Below, in pieces: positions 17,488 through 26,039 of a stretch of 32,256 nt of DNA. The DNA is from Candidatus Woesearchaeota archaeon (lineage in GTDB: Archaea; Nanobdellota; Nanobdellia; SCGC-AAA011-G17; GW2011-AR20). A model generated the notes under the pieces. The model saw nothing but the letters and a program-made list of their open reading frames with translations. It was not told where the DNA came from and did no database searches. The stretch's first letter is position 1; every line of letters begins with the position of its first letter. A program made the position numbers and the translations under genes. The stretch is from contig JAGVZC010000005.1 of the NCBI GenBank assembly GCA_018302885.1, positions 1 to 32,256 of the forward strand, given 5' to 3'.

Positions 17488-17966
17488 TCTATAAGTCCAA
17501 GCGTGGATTTTATATATGAATTTAATTCCATCATTTCATCATATGCCTTTACCCAATAATAAGTCAGTATTTTTTTCTTTAATATAACATTATTATAAAT
17601 GTAAAACAGGAAGGGAAGAAGAGTCCAATTACCCTTATAATCAAAAGTCATAAAGCACCTTATAGTTATCCTTGCCTCTCCAGAATATCCTTTGCTTAAT
17701 TTTTTCACTTTTTTTATTTCATCAAAATCAACTTCAAAATCAAACCTTACGTAATCATCAATTTCCCTTTGTGCGAGCATCTTTATAATCAAAGTGTTTC
17801 CCTGTGGCTTGTTTTTCTCTGTATTTTCACTTTCATAATAATCATACTTATGGCTAACAAACCAGGATTTTACACCTTTGTACAAAGCATCTATATCAAT
17901 TATTCCATCATACCTTATAATTATTCCGTTTGATGGATGTATACTCTCTTTCTTTTTTATAACCAT
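17484..17966 (-). CDS. Hypothetical protein (paralog 1 of tandem triplet)
   Basis: IRYDGIIDIDALYKGVKSWFVSHKYDYYE...; C-terminus KSTLGL. Confidence 0.8.
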   Translation of the reverse strand: MVIKKKESIHPSNGIIIRYDGIIDIDALYKGVKSWFVSHKYDYYESENTEKNKPQGNTLIIKMLAQREIDDYVRFDFEVDFDEIKKVKKLSKGYSGEARITIRCFMTFDYKGNWTLLPFLFYIYNNVILKKKILTYYWVKAYDEMMELNSYIKSTLGLIE

Positions 17967-17998
17967 TATAGAAATAAGTTAATATTAGTATAAAAATG

Positions 17999-18433
17999 TT
18001 ACATTTTTTGAGGTGAATTTTTTATATCTATCATATCCATAGTTAATTCAAAAAGTGTCGGCTGTATTGCCAGAATATCCTTTAAGGTTATTAAGCCTAT
18101 AACTCTTTCATTCACCATTACCGGCAGCCTTCTGATATTTTCCCTGTTCATTAAGGTGATAGCATCATAAATATCCTTTTCAGGGGTTATTGTTATTATC
18201 CTTGTTGTCATAATCTGTTTTACTTTTGTTGTTTTTGGATCAATCCCCATTGATATCATCCTTACCAAGTCCCTTTCAGTCAGAAAACCAAGAAGTTTTT
18301 CATTCTCCTTTACCAATAGGCTTCCTACATGCTTGTCAAGCATAATTTTTGTACAGTTTGTTATATTTTCATCTGGAGAAACAGATACCGGCTTTTTTGT
18401 CATAGCATCCATAACACTAACACCTATTTTCAT
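17999..18433 (-). CDS. CBS-domain pair protein
   Basis: Two CBS repeats (GSLLV...GFLTERD; RRLPV...GLITLKD). Confidence 0.92.
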   Translation of the reverse strand: MKIGVSVMDAMTKKPVSVSPDENITNCTKIMLDKHVGSLLVKENEKLLGFLTERDLVRMISMGIDPKTTKVKQIMTTRIITITPEKDIYDAITLMNRENIRRLPVMVNERVIGLITLKDILAIQPTLFELTMDMIDIKNSPQKM

Positions 18434-18534
18434 AATGTTTTTTATAGTAATGCAATTTAATAAATAAATCTATAAATTAAAATAGTTAAAGAAATATCAA
18501 AATATTTAAAAATTAATTCATTGGAGAGTTAAAT

Positions 18535-18723
18535 ATGGACAAAGAAAGGATTTTTATCATAAAATTTCTGCTGGACAAGGGAAATATAAAGACACAGATA
18601 CATACAAAGAATATAAGCCCTCAGGAAGCCATTGGCTTGCTTGAAACTGCAAAAGACCAGATACTTGAGAATGTGAGAAAAGGAAGAAAGGAAATTTTCA
18701 AAAGTTCAAAAAAAGATGAATGA
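18535..18723 (+). CDS. Small hypothetical protein
   Basis: 62-aa ORF with GGAGAG SD, overlapping the HIT start; SPQEAIGLLETAK. Confidence 0.7.
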   Translation: MDKERIFIIKFLLDKGNIKTQIHTKNISPQEAIGLLETAKDQILENVRKGRKEIFKSSKKDE

Positions 18724-19129
18724 CTGCGTTTTTTGTAAGATTGTTGAAGGAAAATTGCCGAGCTATAAAATTTATGAGGATAAAGATGTCCTGGCTTTTC
18801 TCGATATAAAACCGGTTCATCTTGGGCATACTTTAATAATTCCAAAGAAACATTCTGAAACTATTCTGGATACTGAAGAAAAAATTCTGAAAAAGCTGAT
18901 AGTGGTTACAAAAAAAATATCCAAGGCAATGTATGAATCTTTAAAGTTAGACGGGTTCAATATTGGAATAAACCAATTTGAGGCAGGCAACCAGATAGTG
19001 CCTCACCTGCATATTCATATAACACCAAGGTACAAGGATGATAATTTCAAGTTATGGCCTTCAAGAGAATATAGGTCTGAAAAAGAAAGAAAAGAAATTC
19101 AGGAAAAAATAACAAAACTTTTAAAATAA
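18716..19129 (+). CDS. HIT family hydrolase
   Basis: CVFCKI, GHTLIIPKKH and the histidine triad HLHIH. Confidence 0.95.
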   Translation: MNDCVFCKIVEGKLPSYKIYEDKDVLAFLDIKPVHLGHTLIIPKKHSETILDTEEKILKKLIVVTKKISKAMYESLKLDGFNIGINQFEAGNQIVPHLHIHITPRYKDDNFKLWPSREYRSEKERKEIQEKITKLLK

Positions 19130-19151
19130 TTCCATTTTACTATTTCTATAT

Positions 19152-19224
19152 GCCTCTGTAGCTCAGTTGGTAGAGCATCGCTTTCATGCGGCGAGGGTCG
19201 AGGGTTCGAATCCCTTCGGAGGCA
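19152..19224 (+). tRNA. tRNA with CAU anticodon (nominally Met/Ile2; atypical loop, identity uncertain)
   Basis: Full cloverleaf: GCCTCTG/CGGAGGC-A, D arm GCTC/GAGC, anticodon arm TCGCT-TTCATGC-GGCGA, T arm GAGGG-TTCGAAT-CCCTT. Confidence 0.88.
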
Positions 19225-19228
19225 TTAA

Positions 19229-20935
19229 TTATTTTTCAATTCTTGGATGCTTATGCCCTTCTCTGATTCTTTCCTTAAGATGATCTATCTGGTATCTTGA
19301 TTCTTTCAGATAATTCTTCTTATTAACACCATTCCTTTCTATCATCTTAGAGACATATTCTCCACCAAGGAAATGAGGCATAATCACATAGTCTGCGTCA
19401 GCCTTGTACAAAGTTAGTGAATCATCTATTGAATGGGAAGTAACCATTATAACAACATCTGGATTTTTCCTTTTTATCTCTTTTATTATTAAGGAATTAG
19501 TTTCTATTTTAGGGATTGTGGATATAACAATTTTTAGTTTGCTCAGGTTTAAATCATTGAATAATTCTATGTCATCTGCATCTCCATATATGCAGTTTTT
19601 GCCTTTCTTTGTCAAATCAATAATAACTTCAGGGTCAAAATCTATTACAACATATTTAATTTTTAACTTATCAAAAGTCTTCAAAATGTTAAATCCTATT
19701 CTGTTATAACCAAACAAAACAGATTCATAACTTTTTTTAATTTTAGTATTATCCTTTAACCTTCCTTTTTTTTCAAAAATGTTTAGGTGTTTTGAAATTA
19801 AAGGATATATCTTATCAGCATAGATTATCATGTAAGTTGATCCGGTAATTGTTATAAGACCAACCAATGTTACCAAGGAAAGAATTTCCTGAGATAAATG
19901 GCCAATGCTGACTCCTAGAGAAATCAAAATCAAAGAGAATTCTGATATCTGAGCCACAGTCAAACCAGCAAGGAAACCATTTCTTTTTGTAAATCCCAAC
20001 AGACCCATCAGCACCATCACAATCAACGGATTTCCAATTAGAATAAACAAAGAGAAGATTATTGCCGGAAGCAATATGCTGGGAATATTTGAAAGATGCA
20101 TTTGACTGCCTAAAATTATGAAGAATATTATTATGAAAAAATCTCTTAATGGCTTTACTTTGTAAGCAATTTCCATCTTATATGAGGACATGGACAATCC
20201 TATACCTGCCAGTAATGCCCCTATTTCTATTGAGAAACCAAAATAAAAAAACAAGGAAGCAATAAAGAAACACCATCCTATTGAAAACAAAAATAAAAGC
20301 TCCTGATTTTTTGCAATTTGTTTTGTTATCTTAGGCAGAATATAAAGACTTAAAACCCATATTAAAATTATAAGAAAAATTCCTTTTAGCACATTGAATG
20401 CCAGAATACCAACACCCAAATCCTCTGAAAGCAATGGTATAAACATCAGTATGAGTATTGCAACCAAATCCTGAACAATAAGGAACCCTATTGATATCTT
20501 CCCATACAGGGAATCTAAGTCATCCTTATCAGAAAGAAGTTTCATAATAATAATTGTGCTTGAAAATGTAAGCGCAACTGAAATATACAATGCCTCTGTC
20601 GTTGAAAAACCAAGATATAAGGATATAAAAAATCCGATAACCGAGGTGAATATTATCTGCCCAATCCCAGTTACCGTCGCCACAATACCTATTTCTTTTA
20701 TTACCTTAGGATTCAGATTTAAACCAACAAGAAACAGAAGAAATGCAATTCCAATTTTTGAAAAAATTTGAGTAATCTCATTGAATGTAACAAAATCTAC
20801 AAAGAATGAAGTCACTAAAACCCCAGTTAAGATATAAGCAATTATCAATGGTTGTTTAAGGGTATTCGCAATAATGCTTGTAACTAGCGCTAGAAGAATT
20901 ATAAAAGTTAATTCAATGAATAACTCCTGAACCAT
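19229..20935 (-). CDS. CPA2 cation:proton antiporter with TrkA-N (KefB/KefC-like)
   Basis: Many TM helices; FSSTIII, LIVQD and AQISEFS motifs; C-terminal GYNRIG, YGDA Rossmann domain. Confidence 0.93.
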   Translation of the reverse strand: MVQELFIELTFIILLALVTSIIANTLKQPLIIAYILTGVLVTSFFVDFVTFNEITQIFSKIGIAFLLFLVGLNLNPKVIKEIGIVATVTGIGQIIFTSVIGFFISLYLGFSTTEALYISVALTFSSTIIIMKLLSDKDDLDSLYGKISIGFLIVQDLVAILILMFIPLLSEDLGVGILAFNVLKGIFLIILIWVLSLYILPKITKQIAKNQELLFLFSIGWCFFIASLFFYFGFSIEIGALLAGIGLSMSSYKMEIAYKVKPLRDFFIIIFFIILGSQMHLSNIPSILLPAIIFSLFILIGNPLIVMVLMGLLGFTKRNGFLAGLTVAQISEFSLILISLGVSIGHLSQEILSLVTLVGLITITGSTYMIIYADKIYPLISKHLNIFEKKGRLKDNTKIKKSYESVLFGYNRIGFNILKTFDKLKIKYVVIDFDPEVIIDLTKKGKNCIYGDADDIELFNDLNLSKLKIVISTIPKIETNSLIIKEIKRKNPDVVIMVTSHSIDDSLTLYKADADYVIMPHFLGGEYVSKMIERNGVNKKNYLKESRYQIDHLKERIREGHKHPRIEK

Positions 20936-20999
20936 TAATATTTAAAATAAATCATCCTTTAAATTTGTTTTGGAGATTGTAAAAAGAAAAAGAAAATAA

Positions 21000-21352
21000 T
21001 TATTTCTTTCCAAGAGTAATTTCAATTGTGGAAACTCTTACCTGCTTCCCTTCCTTGTTTTCAAACTCTTCTGAATCTATCCTTATGTCTTTTATGTTTA
21101 TTGTCCCTTCCAAGAATCTCTTTGCTGCAACTTCTGCAACATCAACTGCTCTTGCAATGAATTTTCCTCTTGCTTTTATAATCACTTCGGGTGCTCCTTG
21201 CGTGGTTACCTGCATAACAACACCTGTTACATAACTGATGTTGGCAAAGAATTAACTTACGCCAAATTCATAAACGGCTTATTGCCTATGAACACAATGT
21301 TGTCTTTTGCATTCCTTGGAGCATTTTTGTCTTTGTAGTTTTCGTCTTTCAT
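21000..21352 (-). CDS. albA: DNA/RNA-binding protein Alba, two exons (21352-21267 and 21234-21000), 106 aa after splicing
   Basis: Exon 1 ends NIVFIGNKPFMN. Exon 2 reads YVTGVVMQ...VIIKARGKFIARAVDVAE...RVSTIEITL. GGGGG SD upstream of ATG 21352. Confidence 0.9.
21235..21266 (-). other. Putative 32-nt BHB/BHL-type intron in alba mRNA
   Basis: Insert TTTGGCGTAAGTTAATTCTTTGCCAACATCAG forms a hairpin, carries an in-frame TAA and shifts the frame. Its removal restores the conserved motif. Confidence 0.75.
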
Positions 21353-21368
21353 TTTTGTTTCCCCCTAG

Positions 21369-21560
21369 TTATTTTTGTTGTTTTTTTACTAAATTGATAA
21401 TATAACCACTTATAACATTCCTTAATTTCTTAGAATTTATCTGTGCAATTTCATCAACTGCTTTCTTGTTTTTACTAAAATCCCTGCTAAATTTGCCTTT
21501 ATTCTTCTCATAAATCTTAACGCCAGTGGTTTTTACAAATGTTGTACGTATTCTACCCAT
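21369..21560 (-). CDS. rps17e: 30S ribosomal protein S17e
   Basis: MGRIRTTFVK, DFSKNK and SKKLRNVISGY motifs. Confidence 0.95.
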   Translation of the reverse strand: MGRIRTTFVKTTGVKIYEKNKGKFSRDFSKNKKAVDEIAQINSKKLRNVISGYIINLVKKQQK

Positions 21561-21583
21561 GATGATTTAAGCTTAGAATAAAG

Positions 21584-22471
21584 CTATTTAAGCTTTTCGA
21601 AGATTAAAAAATTCTCTTCAACATAATTTTGTGCCTTTTTTGTCAAATCTCCTGAAGATACAAAGTACAATGGCAATTTCTTTGACTCATTATGCGCTGT
21701 TATTAAATCAGAATCTGATATTTTTTTCTTATCCTTGAATTTTATGAAAATTTTGACTAATCCCAAGTCGGAATTCATTTCTCCCTTAAAATTTATCTCT
21801 TTCTTGTTTACCTGAAATTTGTCTGTAATATTAATTTTCTTCTCATTGAAGAAGTTTTCAAGTTCTCCCAAATCAATCTCTTTTTTTAGGACCTCCTGCT
21901 TCTCTTTTTTTGGTTTTTCAACTTTCTTTAATTTCTGAGGCTCTATCTTATCTTCATGTTCCTTTATTTCTGGTTCTTTTATTTCTGGTTCTGCTTTTTC
22001 CGGCTCTATTTTCTTTTCTTCCACTATTCCAAGAATCTTTTTTATAATGGATTCAGCTTCGCTGTCTGAAGTCAAATACCATTTCCAGAATATCTCTCCA
22101 CTTGTTAAATTAAGCATAACTGCAAAATCCTTTAATTCTCTCAGAGCAACTCTCTGCCAAGGCTCCAGTTCATTATCCTTCAAAATAACATTCTTTTTTA
22201 AAAGATCGTAAGCTCTTTTGTAAATTTCCTTTAGGTGAGGGTATAAAACCTGCGACAGTTTATATTCCTGCCCTTGAATATAATATACAGGAGATCCACC
22301 AATTTTTGCAGTACTTATAAAAATTTTTTTATTTGCAATAAGTTCAGAGAGAACCGCACCAGAAAAAATCATATTTTCATTTATTTGCTTTGAAATCTGC
22401 ACGGGCAATGAAGGGCCGTTTCTTTGAATAAAAGACAATATTTTAGATTTTATTTCCGGAACATTTGGCAT
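21584..22471 (-). CDS. Hypothetical protein with winged-helix-like N-terminus
   Basis: GPSLPVQISK...GAVLSEL...IGGSPVYY, charged linker, C-terminal alpha/beta domain. Confidence 0.7.
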   Translation of the reverse strand: MPNVPEIKSKILSFIQRNGPSLPVQISKQINENMIFSGAVLSELIANKKIFISTAKIGGSPVYYIQGQEYKLSQVLYPHLKEIYKRAYDLLKKNVILKDNELEPWQRVALRELKDFAVMLNLTSGEIFWKWYLTSDSEAESIIKKILGIVEEKKIEPEKAEPEIKEPEIKEHEDKIEPQKLKKVEKPKKEKQEVLKKEIDLGELENFFNEKKINITDKFQVNKKEINFKGEMNSDLGLVKIFIKFKDKKKISDSDLITAHNESKKLPLYFVSSGDLTKKAQNYVEENFLIFEKLK

Positions 22472-22516
22472 AATCTCTTAGAATTTGTTTAATATAAAAG
22501 GATTATTGTAATTAAG

Positions 22517-23047
22517 TCAAGGTTTGGTCCAAGCCACATTATAATAGGTTACATCTGATTCTGAATCTACAATTCCAATAAGCAAACTTTTTCTTGTTGA
22601 ATGAGCTACCCTGTTCATTGCACTGAAAGAATGCCATGTTAATCCTTTTGATTCTGAAACTGGAAATAAAATCCATTTTGCATGATCTTCTCCAGGCTTG
22701 ACCCCCCTGTCATAAACCCTGAAATCAGCCCCAAATTTCAATGCTGTTTTTACAATATACCCCCTGTTTCTCATATCCCTGAAAACAATATATCTTTCCA
22801 AAAAATTCTTTTCCTTTTTTGAAGCTTCCCTCATAAATTCATCTTTTTTGATTGATTTTTTTTCCTCTTTAACTGCTAATTTATTTTTTTCAATCAAGTA
22901 AAGGGCCTCAACCAGCATATATTGTATTTTATTATCGATTATTTCACCAAATCTTGATTTAGAATAAAGCTCTTTAGCCTGCCCTTTATTTTCTGCAATT
23001 ACTATCTTACCCAAAAATGAAGCACTAATTTTCTTTTCTGAAACCAT
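22517..23047 (-). CDS. endA: tRNA-intron (splicing) endonuclease, catalytic subunit
   Basis: KFGADFRVY (Tyr), EDHAKW (His) and RVAHSTRK (Lys) triad; EALYL; single 176-aa unit. Confidence 0.95.
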   Translation of the reverse strand: MVSEKKISASFLGKIVIAENKGQAKELYSKSRFGEIIDNKIQYMLVEALYLIEKNKLAVKEEKKSIKKDEFMREASKKEKNFLERYIVFRDMRNRGYIVKTALKFGADFRVYDRGVKPGEDHAKWILFPVSESKGLTWHSFSAMNRVAHSTRKSLLIGIVDSESDVTYYNVAWTKP

Positions 23048-23095
23048 GCTCTAAATAAAGAAAAGTTATTTAAAATAGTTTTGGTTCAGAATATT

Positions 23096-23431
23096 ATGAA
23101 ACCAAATCTACACCATATTCATAATAGAAAAATTTCAAGCAAAGTATTAAAAAAATACCCCAATAAAAATAAATACATAAGGTTTCTTGATAAAATTATT
23201 CTCGCAGTTGCAGTTATAGGTCCTGCATTAACAATACCGCAAATATTCAAGATATTCTATTATCAGAATGCAGAAGGGGTTTCAATCACAACCTGGTCTC
23301 TTTATGTCTTATTTGACATACCATGGATAATCTACGGGATTGTCCATAAAGAAAAACCGATAACCATTGCATATGCCTTTTGGATTTTGACTGGATTAAC
23401 AGTCGTTCTAGGAATTTTGATGTATGGATAA
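23096..23431 (+). CDS. PQ-loop / SemiSWEET-like membrane protein
   Basis: IPQIFKI...AEGVS..TW...WIIYG, three TM helices. Confidence 0.8.
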   Translation: MKPNLHHIHNRKISSKVLKKYPNKNKYIRFLDKIILAVAVIGPALTIPQIFKIFYYQNAEGVSITTWSLYVLFDIPWIIYGIVHKEKPITIAYAFWILTGLTVVLGILMYG

Positions 23432-23471
23432 TTAACGAAAGTTTCTTAAAATACTTTTCATTATTAAAATA

Positions 23472-24356
23472 ATGGAAATTATATTTTTGGGGACATCCGG
23501 AATGCACCCCACAAAGGAGAGAAATTTATTCAGTGTTTTAGTCAGATATAAATCTGAGAATATTCTGATAGATTGCGGTGAAGGAACACAAAGGCAAATG
23601 AGAATTATCGGACTCAAGACTCCAAAAATAAGCAGAATATTTCTAACGCATTTGCATGGAGATCATATTAACGGATTGCCGGGATTAATACAGAATTTAC
23701 AGGCCAATCAATATTCAAAAGGACTTGACATTTATGGTCCCACAGGAACAAGGGAATTGATGAAGCACATTTTAGAGATTACAAGATTTCGGATAAAAAT
23801 AAATGTTCATGAGATAGTATCGGGCGTTGTTTACAAAGATGAAGATTTTCATGTTGAGGCAATTGAATTAAAACATTCAATTAAAGTTTACGGCTATAGC
23901 ATAATTGAAAATGATAAAAGAAGAATCAATCTGGATTATCTTAAAAAATTCAATTTAAAGAAACATATTTTGCTTGGTGACCTGCAAAAAGGAAAAGACA
24001 TTGTTTACGAAGGTAAAAAAATAAAGGCAAAGGATGCAACAATTCTGGTTAAAGGCAAGAAATTAACATTAATTACAGACACTGTTTATTGTGACAATTG
24101 CGTTAAATTAAGCAAGGATGCTGATTTATTGGTTAGCGAGTGCACCTACAGCGATAAACTGAAAGATTTGGCAAAAGAAAGAAAACACTTGACTGCTGTC
24201 GATGCTGCTACAATTGCAAAAAAAGCAAAAGTAAAGAAACTAATAATAACTCATTTCTCACAAAGATACAACGACCTTAGTATTTTGTTAAAAGAAGCAA
24301 ATAAAGTTTTCAAGAATACTTATGTTGCAAAAGATTTCATGAAAATAAAAATTTAA
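23472..24356 (+). CDS. rnz: Ribonuclease Z
   Basis: FLGTSG..PT..RN, DCGEGTQ, THLHGDH, flexible arm and THFSQRY. Confidence 0.96.
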   Translation: MEIIFLGTSGMHPTKERNLFSVLVRYKSENILIDCGEGTQRQMRIIGLKTPKISRIFLTHLHGDHINGLPGLIQNLQANQYSKGLDIYGPTGTRELMKHILEITRFRIKINVHEIVSGVVYKDEDFHVEAIELKHSIKVYGYSIIENDKRRINLDYLKKFNLKKHILLGDLQKGKDIVYEGKKIKAKDATILVKGKKLTLITDTVYCDNCVKLSKDADLLVSECTYSDKLKDLAKERKHLTAVDAATIAKKAKVKKLIITHFSQRYNDLSILLKEANKVFKNTYVAKDFMKIKI

Positions 24357-24358
24357 AA

Positions 24359-25288
24359 TTATTTTCCTTCAGCTTCCTCTATCTTTCTTTTTAGTTCCTT
24401 GTCCAATTTTAATTTTTTGAGCAATTCCTTGTATCTATTTCTTATTGTAACTTCTGTAACGCCTGCAACATCTGCAACCTCTCTCTGTGTCCTTTTTTCA
24501 TTGTTAATCAATGTTGCAACATACAAAGAAGCTGCTGCTATTCCTGTAGGTCCTCTTCCGGATGTCAATTCAGCTTTCTGCGCCTTTTCCAGAATTTCAA
24601 CTGCTCTGGTCTGTGTCTCAGGACTTAATTTCAAAGATGTAGCAAATCTTGGTATATAATCAACGGGATTGCTTGGCAATATTCTAATTCCCAACTCCCT
24701 TGTAATGAACCTATAAGTTCTTCCTATTTCCTTTTTGTCAATACCAGAAGCTTCAGATATCTCATCAAGAGTTCTTGGAACTTCATGTCTTCTGCATGAT
24801 GCATACAATGCCCCAGCAACAACAGACTCCATTGATCTCCCCCTTACAAGGCCTCTCTGAACTGCCATGGTATAAATTCTAGCTGCTTCCTCTTCAACTG
24901 CAGGAGGCAATTTTAAAAAATTAGAAACTCTTTTTAATTCAGCCAAAGCCAACTTCAGATTTCTTTCAATGGCTGTTGAAACCCTGTGCTGCCATTTTCT
25001 TAATCTGAAATATTTGTTCCTTTCCTTTGATTGTAACTGGTAAATATCCCCGCCAGCACCAATATCAGTACCTAAACCTCTATCAAATTTTGTGTAAGTC
25101 ATAGGAGCACCAGTTCTTCTTCTCTTTTCACCTTGCTGATTATCGAACTCTCTCCACTCTTGTGAGAAATCAATCATTCTTTCTTCAATAACAAATCCAC
25201 AATCTTTACAAATAACCTCTCCTTTGTCTTTATTGACTATCAGGTTGATAGAACCACACTCAGGGCACTTTTTTATATATTTTGACAA
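24359..25288 (-). CDS. tfb: Transcription initiation factor IIB (TTG start)
   Basis: CPECG...CKDCG zinc ribbon, EWREF, GLVRGRS and GVTEVTIRNRYKEL; G-run SD upstream. Confidence 0.97.
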   Translation of the reverse strand: MSKYIKKCPECGSINLIVNKDKGEVICKDCGFVIEERMIDFSQEWREFDNQQGEKRRRTGAPMTYTKFDRGLGTDIGAGGDIYQLQSKERNKYFRLRKWQHRVSTAIERNLKLALAELKRVSNFLKLPPAVEEEAARIYTMAVQRGLVRGRSMESVVAGALYASCRRHEVPRTLDEISEASGIDKKEIGRTYRFITRELGIRILPSNPVDYIPRFATSLKLSPETQTRAVEILEKAQKAELTSGRGPTGIAAASLYVATLINNEKRTQREVADVAGVTEVTIRNRYKELLKKLKLDKELKRKIEEAEGK

Positions 25289-25445
25289 TTTTACCCCCCC
25301 ATGATAGAGTCAGAGACTCTGATAATATTTAAATAAGTTTATTGGTTTGCATATATAAACCTTTTGGTTATTGTGCAGATTTTCTTAAAATTTATAAAGG
25401 AAACCTTAATTTCGTGTGGAGCGACAAAGTCCATAAAATAGGATT

Positions 25446-25991
25446 TTAGAGAAATTTAAAATAAGAAATAATCTTCTTAAAATTAGCCTCTGTCTGATTT
25501 TTCTTGTATTGCTTTAGCAATTTTATCAGCTCTTTTTTATTAATCCTGTATTTTGCAATGTCCAAAACTTTCTTTGACATCAAAAACTGGCAGAATTGCG
25601 TTACATTCTTTGGTTTTTGTGTTTTGTAAACCCTCTCAAAGTCAATCATAACAGGTTTTCTATTATTAATTATTATGTGCTTGTAGGGGTTATGCATTTC
25701 TAATTTATTCACTTTCAGCTTATCCATCATCCTGCACTGCTTCAGAACATCAATTATAATTGGCTTAGAATTATTTGATTTAAAATAATCAAGAATAAAA
25801 TCCCCTTTTATAAATTTATATTTGAAATAATTTTTTTTTACTTCAATCAGTTTCGGACCAATGCCATATTTATTAAGTATTTTCAGCCATGAAGACTCAT
25901 TCTTCACCCTTTTAGGAAGTGACTTTTTTATTGCTGTATTTCCTTCGACGTATATTTTTCCTCTTTTGCCTTTTGTTAAATATCTAAACAT
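25446..25991 (-). CDS. Atypical (RIO/Bud32-like) kinase-fold protein
   Basis: KGKRGKIY glycine loop, AIK, NE..L, GPKL and IDFER motifs. Confidence 0.72.
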   Translation of the reverse strand: MFRYLTKGKRGKIYVEGNTAIKKSLPKRVKNESSWLKILNKYGIGPKLIEVKKNYFKYKFIKGDFILDYFKSNNSKPIIIDVLKQCRMMDKLKVNKLEMHNPYKHIIINNRKPVMIDFERVYKTQKPKNVTQFCQFLMSKKVLDIAKYRINKKELIKLLKQYKKNQTEANFKKIISYFKFL

Positions 25992-26039
25992 ACTGCAAAT
26001 AAAGAAAAGGTTTTTAAATAATTTACCTATTGTATATAC

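Noticed and set aside
21235..21260. Spliceosomal-looking GTAAGT...CAG 26-nt intron nested in the alba insert; its removal also restores the frame (MN-LA-YV)
   Set aside because: The context is archaeal with no spliceosome, and this cut leaves two extra residues in a conserved motif, whereas the EndA-type 32-nt cut restores it exactly. Treated as coincidence, although RNA junction reads would distinguish the two.
25306..25320. Small hairpin AGAGTC-N3-GACTCT upstream of the tfb SD
   Set aside because: Too short to distinguish from chance without conservation data; it could still be an operator.
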